The position numbers and the translations under genes are program-made. From Octopus vulgaris (taxonomy: Eukaryota): a DNA stretch of 64,000 nucleotides. Location of the stretch: positions 93,186,001 to 93,250,000 of the forward strand of contig OX597820.1 of the NCBI GenBank assembly GCA_951406725.2. Reading direction: 5' to 3'. The number at the start of each line of letters is the position of its first letter. Positions within the stretch are counted from its first letter, which is position 1. Of the stretch, positions 39,605 through 52,722 are shown one piece after another. A model generated the notes under the pieces. That model worked only from the letters and a program-made list of their open reading frames with translations. It searched no databases and was not told the DNA's origin.

Positions 39605-39708
39605 CCTAGGTTTCCAGTTCAGATATTTTAAAGCTTTTGAAATATTTGGTCGCCGCCTCTGTGGATCATCCTGCATGGCCGGTCTATTGACTATCTTGCT
39701 GTCACCAC
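39605..39708 (-). CDS. UXS1: UXS1 exon (GGDSKIVNRPAMQDDPQRRRPNISKALKYLNWKPR)
   Basis: ctcAG / GTAAG; 104 nt; DDPQRRRP motif; phase 1 to 0. Confidence 0.96.
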
Positions 39709-40866
39709 CTGAGAAACGGATAAGATAAAAATTAAGATTTCTATCAAGTAGGTTGTACACTAGTTTTCTCTTTTCTCTCATTGTCAACATTGTGAATAGA
39801 TATCTGCATATATACATGACCAAAACAAACGAAACACCCTATTGCGCAGACATGTAGAAGACATTGAACATGTTTAAAGTAGAATCTAATATAAAATGAT
39901 TATGCTTTTTGATATCAATGCCCCTAATCCAATGACAGAAACCACTTGTTTATAGTGATCTAAATGAAAAGCTGTCAAAATTTCGAGTTAATCTATGTTT
40001 CAAACACCACTTCTAGATCAAGGGTGACTTGCAGGTTAAAGTGGTGAGATAACTAACAATAACAAGAAATCAATCAACTACAGATCCTTGATGTAATCAT
40101 TCAAGCTGCTAGAAATATCAGCCAAATACGTCTCAAATGACATACTATTGTCTTGAAAACAGAGGGCTGCAATGGATAATATAGCCCTAGATACACAATG
40201 GTCAGAAGGATGCTGTAGTCATGGATGAAAAGCTTTGAATCATTTGTTTGCCCTTCTATTTTTCTTGTATTTTTTTTAAATCTTTTGTTACGTAGGGAGC
40301 GTAGAAGCTGTATTGTATCCGCCAGGAAAATCAAACAAAGTAGAGCTTTTATGTACACTACCCAGTGGTTAAGAAGTCATCCAGGGAACCTCTACATGGT
40401 GACTCAACCTGTAGGAAATAATAGTCAAATGTCCCTCAAATCACATGACCATCAACAAAAAGTAAAACAAAAAGGAAGGAGACATTGGATTATGTAATCT
40501 TAGAAACATCATCATCATCATTTAATGTTCACTTTTCGTTGTCATCATCACCACCACTGCCACCGTCATCATTTTTATGTCCACTTTTCCATGCTTGATT
40601 GGGTTGGACAGGATTTATTCAAGTGGATCTCTAAAGTCAGATGTCCTTCCTGTTGCCAACCCTTGCCTGTTTCCAAGCAAGTTAATATTGCTCCCACACG
40701 GCCAGAATATTGGAAAGCGGACGTTAAACGATGATGATGATGATGATGATAATGATATCCAAAATGATCTAATTTTCACCATGACAGCTGTACTGGTTGG
40801 TTAAAAAAAAACAATGAAAACAAAATGAAATAGAAAAAACATTAAAATAAATCAAAGTGAACATAC

Positions 40867-41029
40867 CAACAAGGCTCTTAATAATTTTGGCAAATTCCAT
40901 AACAGAATGTTCTTCGGGGTTGCCAAGGTTGACTGGCTGAGAGTAATTGCTGTTCATTAAAGCAATAAGCCCATCTACCAAATCACTAACATACTGGAAC
41001 GATCTAGTCTGTGTACCATCACCATATAC
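40867..41029 (-). CDS. UXS1: UXS1 exon (VYGDGTQTRSFQYVSDLVDGLIALMNSNYSQPVNLGNPEEHSVMEFAKIIKSLV)
   Basis: ataAG / GTATG; 163 nt; phase 0 to 1. Confidence 0.97.
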
Positions 41030-41381
41030 CTTATAATATAAAAACAGGAAAGAAGGAGAATAAAACACTTGAGCCAAAATGAACACAGGAAAATTTGTAC
41101 AATTACTCCAAAGTTGTAATATAATTTGGAGAAGAAATGTAATCTGCTAAAGGAATAGTGTGTATGTGAGAGAGAGAGAGAGGGAGGGAGAAAGAGAGGG
41201 AAGGAGAGAGAGAGAGAGTGAGTGTATAGGAAAAACACAACAGGTCTACTATCATATATAATAACAGGAGAACCAAAGTCAGCTGGGGGAAAATATGCAT
41301 GCATGTCTATCATCATCATCACCAAAAACAGTGGTCATGATGTTGATGACTGACTGACATGCATGGATACATACACACATA

Positions 41382-41423
<42 letters not shown>

Positions 41424-41554
41424 GAGTCTCATATACATTAGCATTTGTCTGCTTGTGTGTACATGTGTGCCTCTGTGTGTATATGCATGCTGCATGTATA
41501 TGTATGCATGTATGTGTGTATTATTTTGTGCATTATGTTTTGTCCAAACATGTG

Positions 41555-41878
41555 AAGACGCGTGGCTTAGTGGTTAGAGCATTTGGCTCACGATCGTGAG
41601 GTCGTGAGTTCGATTCCCGGCGATGCGTTGTGTCCTTGAGCAAGACACTTTATTCCACGTTGCTCCAGTCCACTCAGCTAGCAAAAATGAGTTGTACCTG
41701 TATTTCAAAGGGCCGGCCTTGTCACGCTCTGTGTCACACTGAGTCTCCCTGAGAACTTACGTTAGGGGTACGCGTGTCTGTTGATTGCTCAGTCACTTGC
41801 ACGTTCATTTCACGAGCAGGCTGTTCCGTTGATCGTATCAGCTGGGACCCTCGTCGTCGTAACCGACAGAGTGCTCCT
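41555..41878 (+). mobile_element. tRNA-derived SINE family C, full length
   Basis: A box GTGGCTTAGTGG, B box GTTCGATTCCC; GTGTCCTTGAGCAAGACACTT body; TSD TTTTGTCCAAACAT. Confidence 0.9.
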
Positions 41879-41980
41879 TTTTTTCATATTTTGTCCAAAC
41901 ATATAACAACCAAATAAGCAAATACATATTCACACACACAGACAGGAACATGCTAAAACATATTATGTTATAAGACATAC

Positions 41981-42100
41981 CGTAATAGGTTCGTTCTGGA
42001 GAGCTTGCAAAATAAAGTTGCTCACAACACGGCCATCGTTCATGTGCATCCGGGGACCAAAAGTATTGAAAATTCTCGAAACACGCACTTCAAGGTTTTC
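41981..42100 (-). CDS. UXS1: UXS1 exon ([40 protein letters not shown])
   Basis: tttcAG / GTATG; 120 nt; phase 0 to 0. Confidence 0.97.
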
Positions 42101-42228
42101 CTGAAAATGTAAGAAGCTCCAGTTATTAATATTTTCCATAGAATAACCAACAGTGTGGAGAAGCAAAGATGGCAGGGTTCTAGTAAGGGGATGCTTTACA
42201 ATATATACATTTGTGTTGTTGTGTTTTG

Positions 42229-42427
42229 TCATCATCATCATCATCATTTAACGTCCGTTTTCGATGCTAGCATGGGTTGGACGGTTCAACTGGGGTCTGT
42301 GAAGCTGGAAGGCTTCATCAGGCCCAGTCAGATCTGGCAGTGTTTCTACGGCTGGATGCCCTTCCTAACGCCAACCACTCCGTGAGTGTAGTGGGTGCTT
42401 TTTACGTGCCACCCGCACAGGTGCCAG
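42229..42427 (-). mobile_element. RTE 3'-end repeat (left arm of an inverted pair)
   Basis: About 6 mismatches over ~185 bp against the reverse complement of 43390-43577. Confidence 0.9.
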
Positions 42428-43369
42428 ACAGAGCTGTCACAGAGGCTAAATCACAGACAGCCACAGATGTGGTGGAAGCAGTGACATCTTAATGGTCATC
42501 TTTTCCATGTTTGCATGCACTGTTGCTGACCCTCATCTGCTTCCAAGCAAGACAATGTTTTCCCCTCTTTCACAGAACAAAAGGCAGCACTATGGCCTGG
42601 AATATTTTTGCAGCAGATTGCAATTGTATGATTGTAGACAAATGACAAATGACTCAGTTTATATGAACAATGACTTTGTTCTGAACCAGTGCACAAATGC
42701 CAAGACAAAGGCACCACTAAAACAGACACGTCCAGTCAGGGACACACACATACACATGTATACATGTGTGTGAGTGTGTGTGTGTATGATGGACTTTTGA
42801 AATGTTTCGTCTAACAATTTCACTCAAAAGGCCTGGAAAGCTTGCAGCTTTCATAGAGGACACCAGTCAAATGTTCCTAAATAGTGTATCACTCCTTCGG
42901 GGTGGAACTTTGGTAAGTGTCTTCTTCTAATGCCCTGAGCTGACCAAAGCTTTATGAGTGGCTTTGATAGACAGAAACTAAAAGAAGTCAGTTGTTGTTT
43001 TATCACCATCATTATCATCATCATCCTCTAACATCCATTTTCTATGCTGGCATGGGTTGGACGGTTTGACCAGAGCTGGTAAGCCAGAGAGCTGCACCAG
43101 GTTCCAGTCTGATTTGGCTTTACTTCTACGGCTGAATGCCCTTCCTAGTGCCAACCACCTTACAGTGTGTACTGAGTGATTTTAACATTCCACTGGCACA
43201 AGAGCCTTTATGTGAGACTGGTACAAGTGCTTTACACAAGAGCAGCACCAGCAAAACACTCTTGCAGGCCAATCCACTTCACCAGGGAAGTGGCTTAACA
43301 TGTCTGCTGTGGAGGATATATATATATTGTGTTACCTGACGATTATGAAGTTTGCAAAAATCCCTTCCC

Positions 43370-43577
43370 TGTGCAGGTGGCACGTAAATGTGCAGGTGGC
43401 ACGTAAAAAGCACCCACTACACTCACAGAGTGGTTGGCGTTAGGAAGGGCATCCAGCCGTAGAAACACTGCCAGATCAGACTGGGCCTGATGAAGCCTTC
43501 CAGCTTCACAGACCCCAGTTGAACCGTCCAACCCATGCTAGCATGGAGAACGGACGCTAAATGATGATGATGATGAT
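43370..43577 (+). mobile_element. RTE 3'-end repeat (right arm of an inverted pair)
   Basis: Ends in (GAT)n; the ORF track gives the same pseudo-peptide for both arms. Confidence 0.9.
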
Positions 43578-44661
43578 CTTCAGTGAAACTGAATTCTTGA
43601 AGCACTATGCATATTGTATATTGTGTTCTTCACCCATACTCCTGAACCAAATTTCCTCCCATCATGCTCTATACTTACCTTCTCATCCACTGGTTCTTAC
43701 AGACTACCCAACTGTAAAAGGTGTTGGCATTGGAGAGGGCACCCAGCATTAGAAACCATGTCACAACAGACACTGCAGCATGATGCAGCCCTTGAACTCA
43801 TCAGATACTTTCAAACTATCCAACCCATACCAACATAGACCCTGGATGTTAAATGTTGCTGATGTATATATATATATTGTTATTCTACCAATTATGTACG
43901 TTTTTATTTTTTTTTTTTTTTTGCAATTCACTTAATCACTTAATATTTTATTGTTATTCTAATTTTAATATTTCTATTGCATGTAATTTTCTGGATGGTC
44001 TAATTTTATTGTTCATTTTGAATTGATAAAAGGTGGTTTTTTTCTAATTTTATATATATTTTATATATATATATATATATAGACACATGAGGAGCAAAAT
44101 CAGGTTAGGTGTGATAGTGTGTGACAGAGGAGGGGAGAAATATAATACTAGTTGGAACAATGCAAGCTGTGGGCTATGAATATCCTCAATGCTTTTTTTG
44201 CATGTTGCTCACCATTACATTTTTCAATGCCGATGAGGTGACACACTATTTCACTGACATAGAACAGACATGCTTGATGAAGAGGAAAATCAATGCTATC
44301 TGAATTTTACCGACAATAAACCATAAACAAGGAACTTAACTCTGTGCAGGGGTGCAAGGAAAGAAGTATCTGTTTTACTTTTTCACTTTTGTGCAAATTT
44401 ATCCATCCAGAGAGAATGACATAGACAGATAGAAAGGAGAGTAAGTCGGATGTACCTGTATAACAACCAGTATAGAATATAATACACAAGACATCCTATT
44501 ACATATGTACACAATATTTAATTAACCAAATTTGCTGACATTGTGAATGAAAACTTTAGTAGATGAAGCATAGACAAGAGGTTAAATTCAATTACTTATA
44601 CCTACACACTTTTACAAAAATATAGCTTGTGCCAATTTAGATAAATTTGATATTACTATAC

Positions 44662-44783
44662 CTGCTTGGCATATGCATAGCACATGGTTTCAGCAACTCT
44701 CTTGCCTTCATCATAACAGGCCCTTGGACCAATGGGGTTCACATGACCCCAATATTCTTCAACTTGAGGATGAACTTCAGGAT
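44662..44783 (-). CDS. UXS1: UXS1 exon with YxxxK motif ([41 protein letters not shown])
   Basis: tacAG / GTATAG; 122 nt; phase 1 to 0. Confidence 0.97.
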
Positions 44784-45818
44784 CTGTAACATAAATTAAT
44801 ACCATTAGACCAATCCAGTGAGCACAAGGATCCAGTTTTGACCATTTACCTCAAGTAGAAGAACTAATTTTATCAGTTGTTATACTCAGAAAATTTAGCT
44901 ACCAGCCTACTTCAGTGGTCAACTTGGAACAGCCCATTTCTCACTTGAGGGTGTCTGCCTCAACACATATAAAGCACCCAGTACACTTTGTAATGTGGTT
45001 TATGTTAGGAAGGACAACCAGCCATAGAAACCATTCCAAAGTAGACAATGGAACCCAGCATAGTCCTCTGGTTAACTTGTTCCTGCTAAACCATCCAACC
45101 CATGCCAGCATGGAAAAGGGACATTAAATGAGGATGATAATGATTTCCTTCAGTTTTGTAGAATTTGTGTGAAAATATATGGCTTAATCGTTAGAGTATA
45201 GGGCTCACAGTTATTAGGTCATAGGTTTGATTTTCTTTTTGACCAGACATGCACTGTGTTCTTGAGCAATTTAACATTGCTACAGTCTATGCAGCTGAAA
45301 ATGAACCAGTGATATTTGGAGGTTAACTCTGCAATAGATTCGCATCTTATTCAAAGGAGAAGTCTTATACTCTCAGTAACATAATATTCCCAGAAACTTG
45401 GATGTCCTCCAGCCTCTTAAGACTGTAGAGTAGAATTGAATTGAATTGAATAGAACTGGTTTAGGCTCATGAGTTGTGGCCATGCTGGGACACTGCCATT
45501 TAGAGTCAGACTTATTAAACAGCGTTGAAAACCTCCTGTTGTCACTCTTTAACCAAGACAACTCAGTGTGAGGAGTATTTCTGAAGGAAAAGACGTCAGT
45601 CACTTTAGTGTCGTTTCAATGTATAATGTTATAGGATGACAAAAGGTTAGACAAGTCTTTAAGACTGCCCCATATTCATTAGTCTTTATCCAGAATCTTC
45701 AAATCTCTCGAGCAACATCAGCCCTGATCTATAAAAAAAAAAAACCCCAATAATCCCGTGCTAGCGCGGAAAACGGACGTTAAACGATGAATCAAGGTAT
45801 TTAAAACTCTGCACATAC

Positions 45819-45878
45819 CTCCATAGACCTCAGAAGTGGATGCCAATAAAATCCTAGCTCGCACACGTTTGGCCAAAC
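45819..45878 (-). CDS. UXS1: UXS1 exon (GLAKRVRARILLASTSEVYG)
   Basis: caaAG / GTATG; 60 nt; catalytic STSEVYG motif. Confidence 0.97.
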
Positions 45879-46283
45879 CTTTGAAAATATAAAAAAAATA
45901 TTCATGAGAAATACTTGTAAAATTTTATGATACTGAAGTGGAATAAAATACATTTTGAAAGCTTCTGGAAATAAAAAATAGCAATTTGCTTTATATTCCA
46001 TTTTTAAGCAAATTAGCAAGGATTACATTTCAGTGAGACACAAAGTTACATAGCAGTTCTGGGGAAAGCTATCTTCTTTCCAGCACATTGACAAAAGTTG
46101 GCTAGCTACAAACGGAATTTGAAGACCAGCTCCATAATGCATACAATTAAGTGGAGAATTGTGGAGAAATCCAAGCCATATGTGAATGGATCTAAGAGAT
46201 GCAATTTATAATGATGATGATGATGATGAACCAAAATGTTTAATGGAAAATAAACAACAAAAATTTAAAGAAAACTAACATAC

Positions 46284-46388
46284 CAAGAACATTGATGGTG
46301 CCAATTGTGTTGGTCTTTATAGTTTTAATAGGATTGTACATGTAATTTGGAGGTGACGCTGGAGATGCCAAATGGTATATTTGGTCAA
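46284..46388 (-). CDS. UXS1: UXS1 exon ([36 protein letters not shown])
   Basis: tacAG / GTATG; 105 nt; phase 1 to 1; UXS1 signature HLASPASP. Confidence 0.97.
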
Positions 46389-46453
46389 CTGTATGAAAGA
46401 AGAAAAAAATATTTTAACAGTCCTTTGAACAACAACGATACAAATATTATAGA

Positions 46454-46713
46454 CTAGCAGTATCGCCCGGCGTTGCTCAGGTTTGTAAGGGAAATAACTA
46501 TAAAGCATTTTTAGAGAGTTATAGCCAAAAAATAGCAAAAAAATGGGGAAAAAATGATGGTAAATTTTTTTGAGAGTTAAAAAATTATGACATTGGGCTA
46601 TGTGTGTGTCAAGTTTCATCAGAATCGGTTGAAAGCCGTGGTTAGGGTGAGGGTACGAGAAAACAGAGACACAGAAACACGCACAGACAAACTGCCGTTT
46701 ATATAGAGAGAGA
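46454..46713 (-). mobile_element. Short non-autonomous Helitron, 65 nt upstream of a UXS1 acceptor
   Basis: CTAG terminus and hairpin shared with 24337-24840; TCTCTCTCTATATAAA 5' end. Confidence 0.85.
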
Positions 46714-46747
46714 TTTATATTGTATTCTTTGGGTGTAAATCTTTTCA

Positions 46748-46960
46748 CCCTTTAACATTCAGATTACTGTCAAATATTATGCTTGTTTATCCACACTGTT
46801 TTGAATTAACCATGCATTATCTTATAGCTTCAAGATTTCAATGATGTCATCATATATTTTTAGAACGACATTGTAGGGTAGGTTGTGAGGCCAAATCTGG
46901 CTGGTTTGAACATAAAGCAGGTACAATATTTGAGCTGGACATGGTCGGTTTACAAAAGGA
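46748..46960 (+). mobile_element. piggyBac-like MITE family 2
   Basis: Homologous to 38150-38360; degenerate TIRs. Confidence 0.8.
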
Positions 46961-48110
46961 TTAAAAACTCTCAATAATTTAGACTGATTTTTCTATAATC
47001 TGCATCAAAGGCAACTCATAAGGAAGACCAATAACTTGAAATTCTCTGATACCAATGATGATAAAATACACAGTCCATATTGCTAAGTGGATGATGATCG
47101 AAAGGGCATTCAGCCCTAAAAGACATATCATACATAACAAAGATTGACCGTATTTTTTCTTTTTGGTACTTTTCTTTTTTTCTTCTCTTTTTTGTACCTT
47201 ATCAGCATAGGAAAACAATGATGATGATGTTATGGAAAAATAGACAACTAAATGGTCAGTTATTCATATTCTGTAGTAGGTATCACATCATATGTGTGAC
47301 TAAGACATTTAGTTGTCACCAGCTAAGCTTACTTTGCTGTATGTTGATTCTACAGTGAGGATAATTCACGTTAAAACCAGAGACAGCACCGAGAAATTAA
47401 TAACCTTCTTTAACTTGTAATGCTAGATTTAATTTCTCCAGAGGGAATTAAAAAACAAACGTTATCTATGATAGAGCTACAACAAATCCAAGAGATATAC
47501 CATTCATCTGCTCAACAGCTGCAGAAACCAGAGATAAACACAATCATTGTAGCCTTTGGGTGCTTCAGTGGAATCTACTCTGTTATCAGTATTCAGGCCA
47601 AGTCTCCCATCTGAGTATAACTTCTTCCCACTAGTCTTGGAGGTGCTAAATAAAGTCATGAATGTTGCCTGTTATACAAACACGGTTTCACAAAATCAAG
47701 CCATTTCAAAAATAATCAAACTCAGCTTGTGCCTTGTGAAGCCACATGAATACTTTAGCACCATTATCAATGTTTTGCAGCTCCTACTCATCATTTTCTC
47801 TTTCTCTCATCACTTTTTTCTACTATTAGTTGAGAGTAGTCATGCAGATCCCTGTGCAGAAATATGCTCTTCCTCTACCTCCCTCATAGTAATTTCCTCA
47901 TTCCTTAGCAACAAGCTGACCCCACTACTGCATCCATGGTTCATACCTCTGTGAACAGCATGGTGACCTCCATAATATAGGTGGCATGAAAAAAGCAACC
48001 AACTCAGTCCACACTGTAAAGTGGTTGACATTAGGAAAGGCATCCAGTCGTAAAAACCACGCCAAAGCAGACACTGGAGCTTGATGTAGTTCTTGGACAC
48101 ATTAGATCCT

Positions 48111-48327
48111 ATTTCTTTATTACCCACAAGGGGCTAAACACAGAGGGGACAAACGGATTAAGTCGATTACATCGACCTCAGTGCGTAACTGGTACTTATT
48201 TAATCGACCTCAAAAGGATGAAAGGCAAAGTCGACCTCGGCAGAATTTGAACTCGCAACGTAACAGCAGACGAAATACCGCTAGGCATTTCACCCGGCGT
48301 GCTAACATTTCTGCCAGCTCACCGCCT
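48111..48327 (-). mobile_element. SINE family B nested in an RTE 3'-end repeat (~47990-48410)
   Basis: Perfect 18-bp TSD TTGGACACATTAGATCCT at 48093-48110 and 48328-48345. Confidence 0.92.
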
Positions 48328-48430
48328 TTGGACACATTAGATCCTGTCAAACCATTCAATTTATGTCAGCATGGAACATGAACATTAAATGATGATGATG
48401 ATGATGATAATGGGACGGGCAAATCCTTAC

Positions 48431-48611
48431 CTTCAATATATAATGGGTTGACAATATCATGGTGTAGCAATTCGAAGTTTTCATGCCCTATCCAGTGTTC
48501 AATATTTCGTTTGCGGCCAGTGAAAAAATTGTCAATGACAGTAACCTCATGTCCCTGGATCATTAAACGATCTACCAAATGGGAACCAACAAAACCTGCA
48601 CCACCAGTTAT
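48431..48611 (-). CDS. UXS1: UXS1 exon, NAD-binding GxxGxxG motif (ITGGAGFVGSHLVDRL...NPLYIE)
   Basis: ttttttcAG / GTAAG; 181 nt; in frame with both neighbours. Confidence 0.97.
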
Positions 48612-49060
48612 CTGAAAAAAGGCAATGAAAGGACAATTAAAATCCAAGATAAAACATCCAAGATAAAATATGGCAAGATAACACATGTACATATATACAT
48701 AAATCTGATGTACATATATACATTGCAAAATTTTTTCATTCTAGAAATTAACTAGTAACTAATGAGTAAATCAAATAACAAATTTATTTTAACTAATCAT
48801 TTGATCAGCTTTATATAGGAAAGTATATGGCTGATTAAGTTGACACCCTGCCCACCTGTGTATAACTGGTACTTACTATATTAATTCCTAGAGCAGAACG
48901 CAAAAGTCAATTCCCACAGGAATTGAGCTTGAAGCTAAGTGTAAAACACGGGCCACCGTGAGTAAACTAAATTATATGTACCAATCAAATCTTGGAGTCT
49001 ATACACCAGGAACTGCAGATGAATCAGTTTCAGACCAAGCAGCTCTGTTTTCTAATTATG

Positions 49061-49091
<31 letters not shown>

Positions 49092-49582
49092 CCGCTCCCT
49101 CCCTCTCCCTCTCTCTCTCTCTTACACACACACATGCATGCAAGAGAGAAGAATAATAATGTATGAACCTGAACCTGAAAAGCTGACTTTAGTTTAGTCA
49201 GAGGACAATGGGATGTGGCCATGACCTCTTTGTGAATCCACCATAACCGGTGGGAGAAAAGGAGGGATTTATTTACAAGCCAGACACTTGACTCAAATGC
49301 TTGCAACAGAGTAAATTCCGTTAAAACCAAGTGGCAGGCTAAGTTTGCCACTATTTGGATGACCTAAAACTCAAAACGGCTGGACACTCATTTATGCATA
49401 CCTCAGATGGTGGGGAAACAATTAACAAACTTGATTATCCAACAAGTGAGGACTGAGAGGAAGCGATACCAGAAACTAATTTGATGACCCAAGAAAGAAC
49501 TACAGGTGCTATTACAGTTAATATGAAAGAATTATGCAACAAACTGCTAAACCACATGATTAAGAATAAAAAAAACTCTTAC

Positions 49583-49640
49583 TAAAATGCGTTTCCGGTC
49601 TTTATATGTTAAAAATGTAACATCTGGATACTTCTTCTTT
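49583..49640 (-). CDS. UXS1: UXS1 coding exon (most 5' confidently identified), KKKYPDVTFLTYKDRKRIL
   Basis: ttcAG acceptor, GTAAG donor; 58 nt, phase 2 to 0; matches the KYPPVKFLSEKDRKRIL segment preceding the Rossmann fold of animal UXS1. Confidence 0.92.
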
Positions 49641-50940
49641 CTGAAATAGACATTATATATAAAACAAAGATGTGCATAATATCAAATAAATACTGTGTGT
49701 GCATATTCTTTAATTAATTTTTTACATCAAAGTTAAGGTCAACATCTGTGTATATTTCAGATACAGTCATTTACATATGTACAGAGATATATTTATAAGC
49801 AGCTTGAAGCCTTTAAGCTAATTATATATCAACTGTTGTATATCTTCTTATGATTTAATCAATCATTAGAAAGTTCAAGCATCGAGTGTGAAGTTTATTT
49901 CAGGACAAGACTTGTAAAGGACATAAGTTATTTATTACATAGCCCTAATTCAATTCTGATAGAGCAAACCCGTACTCAAGTGTGCTCCAAATATCACCAT
50001 CCCATCATTTTGTAGGTGAAGGAGGACTTCATTACCCAATGCATCATCCCATTTTTAAGAGAGTAAGGTATTATCTTAGCGACAACAGAATGCACTTTCT
50101 GGCAAATCAAAGGTCAGCATAGAGGTTACATTCATCAAGAAATATTTTATCAAGAAAACTAGAGCAGACATGAGGCAACACAGCTTAAAGGTCACCTGGA
50201 GTGGTGAGAGGATGGCAACACCATATCAGTGGATAAGTGACTAGCAGCTGACAAGATTACAATTGCAAACAAAAGAAAGTGCATATTTGATTGTGTTGCT
50301 AATGACTTCATCAAAGAAGGCACACAGCATCCACGACCCTTTTCCAAAGCCTCCAAAACTGGTGGGAGGAAGGGTGGAAGTTGGACGCAAAGCGATTAGT
50401 GCAAGGCCTGGGGGTTTAAGACGCAACAAGGTTAGTGAAAAGAGGAGTAACAAGTGGGTTGAGAATGTCTGAGTGGAAGTGGTATGAGCCCAGCCAGATC
50501 TGAGGACCAGATGTCATTTTAGTAGCAGAAATAAACAGAGAACAAGGAAACAACACACCATTGGCATGGGCAACCTTTTACAAAAAGCAGGTCATGGGCC
50601 ATACTCAAAAAAATTTGAAGTAATTTTTTGTTAGGCAAACCATTCACAAAGTCCCATGGCTAATAGTGTGCCCATAGCTGGGCTGGAGAGTAGCTGTGAG
50701 TGACTTTCTAGACTATATCCATTTCTGGGAGTCTGTATGTGCAGCAGCAGTGCCATCTCAGATATAGAAATGACAGTCCATTGTGGGCCTTGCCGGAGCT
50801 TTGTTAAGAGTGTCTACAGCTGTCAGGGACTGAAATTTCACAATGAGATGTTTGGTGAACTGAGATTATGAGCATAAAGGAATCTATGAATTCAGTTTTA
50901 ACACCATCTAAAACAATATGAGTAGAGTGAAGACCCTTAG

Positions 50941-51145
50941 CCCTTTCACATTCAGATCACTCAGTCAAATGTAATACTTATTTATTCACATTGTTTTGAA
51001 TTAATCTCACATTTTCCGATAGCTGTGATATTTCAATGATGCAACTGTTTATTTTAAAAATGACAATGTAGAGTTGGTGTGAGAGGCCAGTTTGAACATA
51101 AAACAGGCAGAATATTTGGGCCAGATATGGCCAGTTTAAATGCTG
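50941..51145 (+). mobile_element. piggyBac-like MITE family 2, right TIR abutting an RTE LINE
   Basis: Homologous to 53757-53986. Confidence 0.8.
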
Positions 51146-52722
51146 AAGAACTAGAGACGAAGTTTAGGGTGTGGAAGCAAGGTCTAGAATTGAAGGGCCT
51201 TAAGGTTAACCTAGCAAAAACCAAAGTCTTAGTAAGTAGGGAGTCAAACAAATCACAAACCCATTCAAGTAGATGGCCTTGCTCGATCTGTAAAAAAGGC
51301 AAGGGTAGAAACTCCATACGATGTATCCGGTGGAAGCTATGGATACATAAAAGGTGCAGTAGTATCAAAGGAAGGTTAACCAGGAAAATAGCTTTTGAGT
51401 GTGGCAGATATAGAGGGGCAATAAACACTGAAGATGTACAGAAAACAGATTCCATCACATGTCAGGGGAAGAAACTAGAAGTAGTTGAATGCTTCCGCTA
51501 CTTAGGTGACCAAGTCTGTTGTGGAAGTGATTGCTCTGAGAGTGTAGCAGCTAGAATAAGAATACCCTGAGCAAAGTTCAGGGAGTTTCTACCTTTACTG
51601 GCAACTAAGGGCCTCTCACTCAGGATGAAAGGTAGACTGTATGATGCATGTGTGCAAACTGCCATGCTACACAGCAGTGGAACATGGGCCATGACTGCTG
51701 AGGATATGCATAGGCTTGAAAGAAATGAAGCTAGTATGATCCACTGGATGTGTAATATCTGTGTGCATACACAACAGAGTGTAAGCACCCTGAGAGAAAA
51801 GTTGGGTATAAGAAACATCAAATGTGGTGTGCAAGAGTGACGACTGTGCTGGTATGGTCATGTGTTATATATATGGATGAGGACAGCTGTGTGAGGAAGT
51901 GCCACTCCCTAACTGTGGAAGGAACCTGTGGAATAGGTAGACCTGGGAAGACATGGGACGGGGTGGTGAAGCATGACCTTCTAACGAACACTGGGCCTCA
52001 CAGAGGCAAGGACAGGAGACCAAGACCTTTGGAGATATGCTGTGATTGAGAAGTAGGATCACAGTTATGCATGTCCGACCCAGTTAAGAGTTCCTCTGAT
52101 GTGTTGGGTGATATGATATAGTTGAGAAGACCTGTTGAGTCAAGTAAACCAATATCGTAGCTGTGGCCAGCACCCCCGACTAGCTCCCATGCCTGTGGCA
52201 CATAAAATGCACTATCCGAGCATGGTCGATGCCAGGTCCACCTCACTGGCACCCATGCTGGTGGCACATAAAAAGCACTATCCAAATATGATCAATGCCA
52301 GGACTGCCTGACTGACTCCCATGCCGGTGGCATGTAAAAAGCACCATCTGAATGTGGCTGATGCCGGTACCCACTGACTGGCTCCCATACCAGTGGCACG
52401 TGAAAAGCACCATCCAAATGTGGCCGATGCCTATACCCCCTGACTGGCCTCCATGCTGGTGGCACATAAAAAGCACTATCCAAACGTGATCAATGCCAGG
52501 CCTGCCTGACTGGCTGGCTCCTGTGCTGGTGACATGTAAAAAGCATCCACTATTCTCAGAGTGGTTGGCGTTAGGAAGGGCATCCAGCTGTAGAAGCAGC
52601 CAGATCAGACTGGAGCCTGGTGCAGCTGCTGGATCTCCAGACCACAGTCAAACTGTCCAACCCATGCCAGTATGGAAAACAGATGTTAAACAATCTTGAT
52701 GATGATGATGATGGTGATGATA
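51142..52722 (+). mobile_element. 5'-truncated RTE-clade LINE with a Cys/His-rich insert in RT, tandem ~60-bp 3' UTR repeats and (GAT)n tail
   Basis: WKQGLELKGLKVNLAKTKVL, FRYLGDQV, KGRLYDACVQTAMLHSSGTW; stops and frameshifts; tail matches the dispersed (GAT)n repeats. Confidence 0.9.

Noticed and set aside
41555-41630. tRNA gene
   Set aside because: A/B boxes run into a SINE body with a TSD; no complete acceptor stem
52160-52545. ~60-bp regularly spaced repeats resembling a repeat-spacer array
   Set aside because: Tandem units of the RTE 3' UTR, also present at 58922-59050
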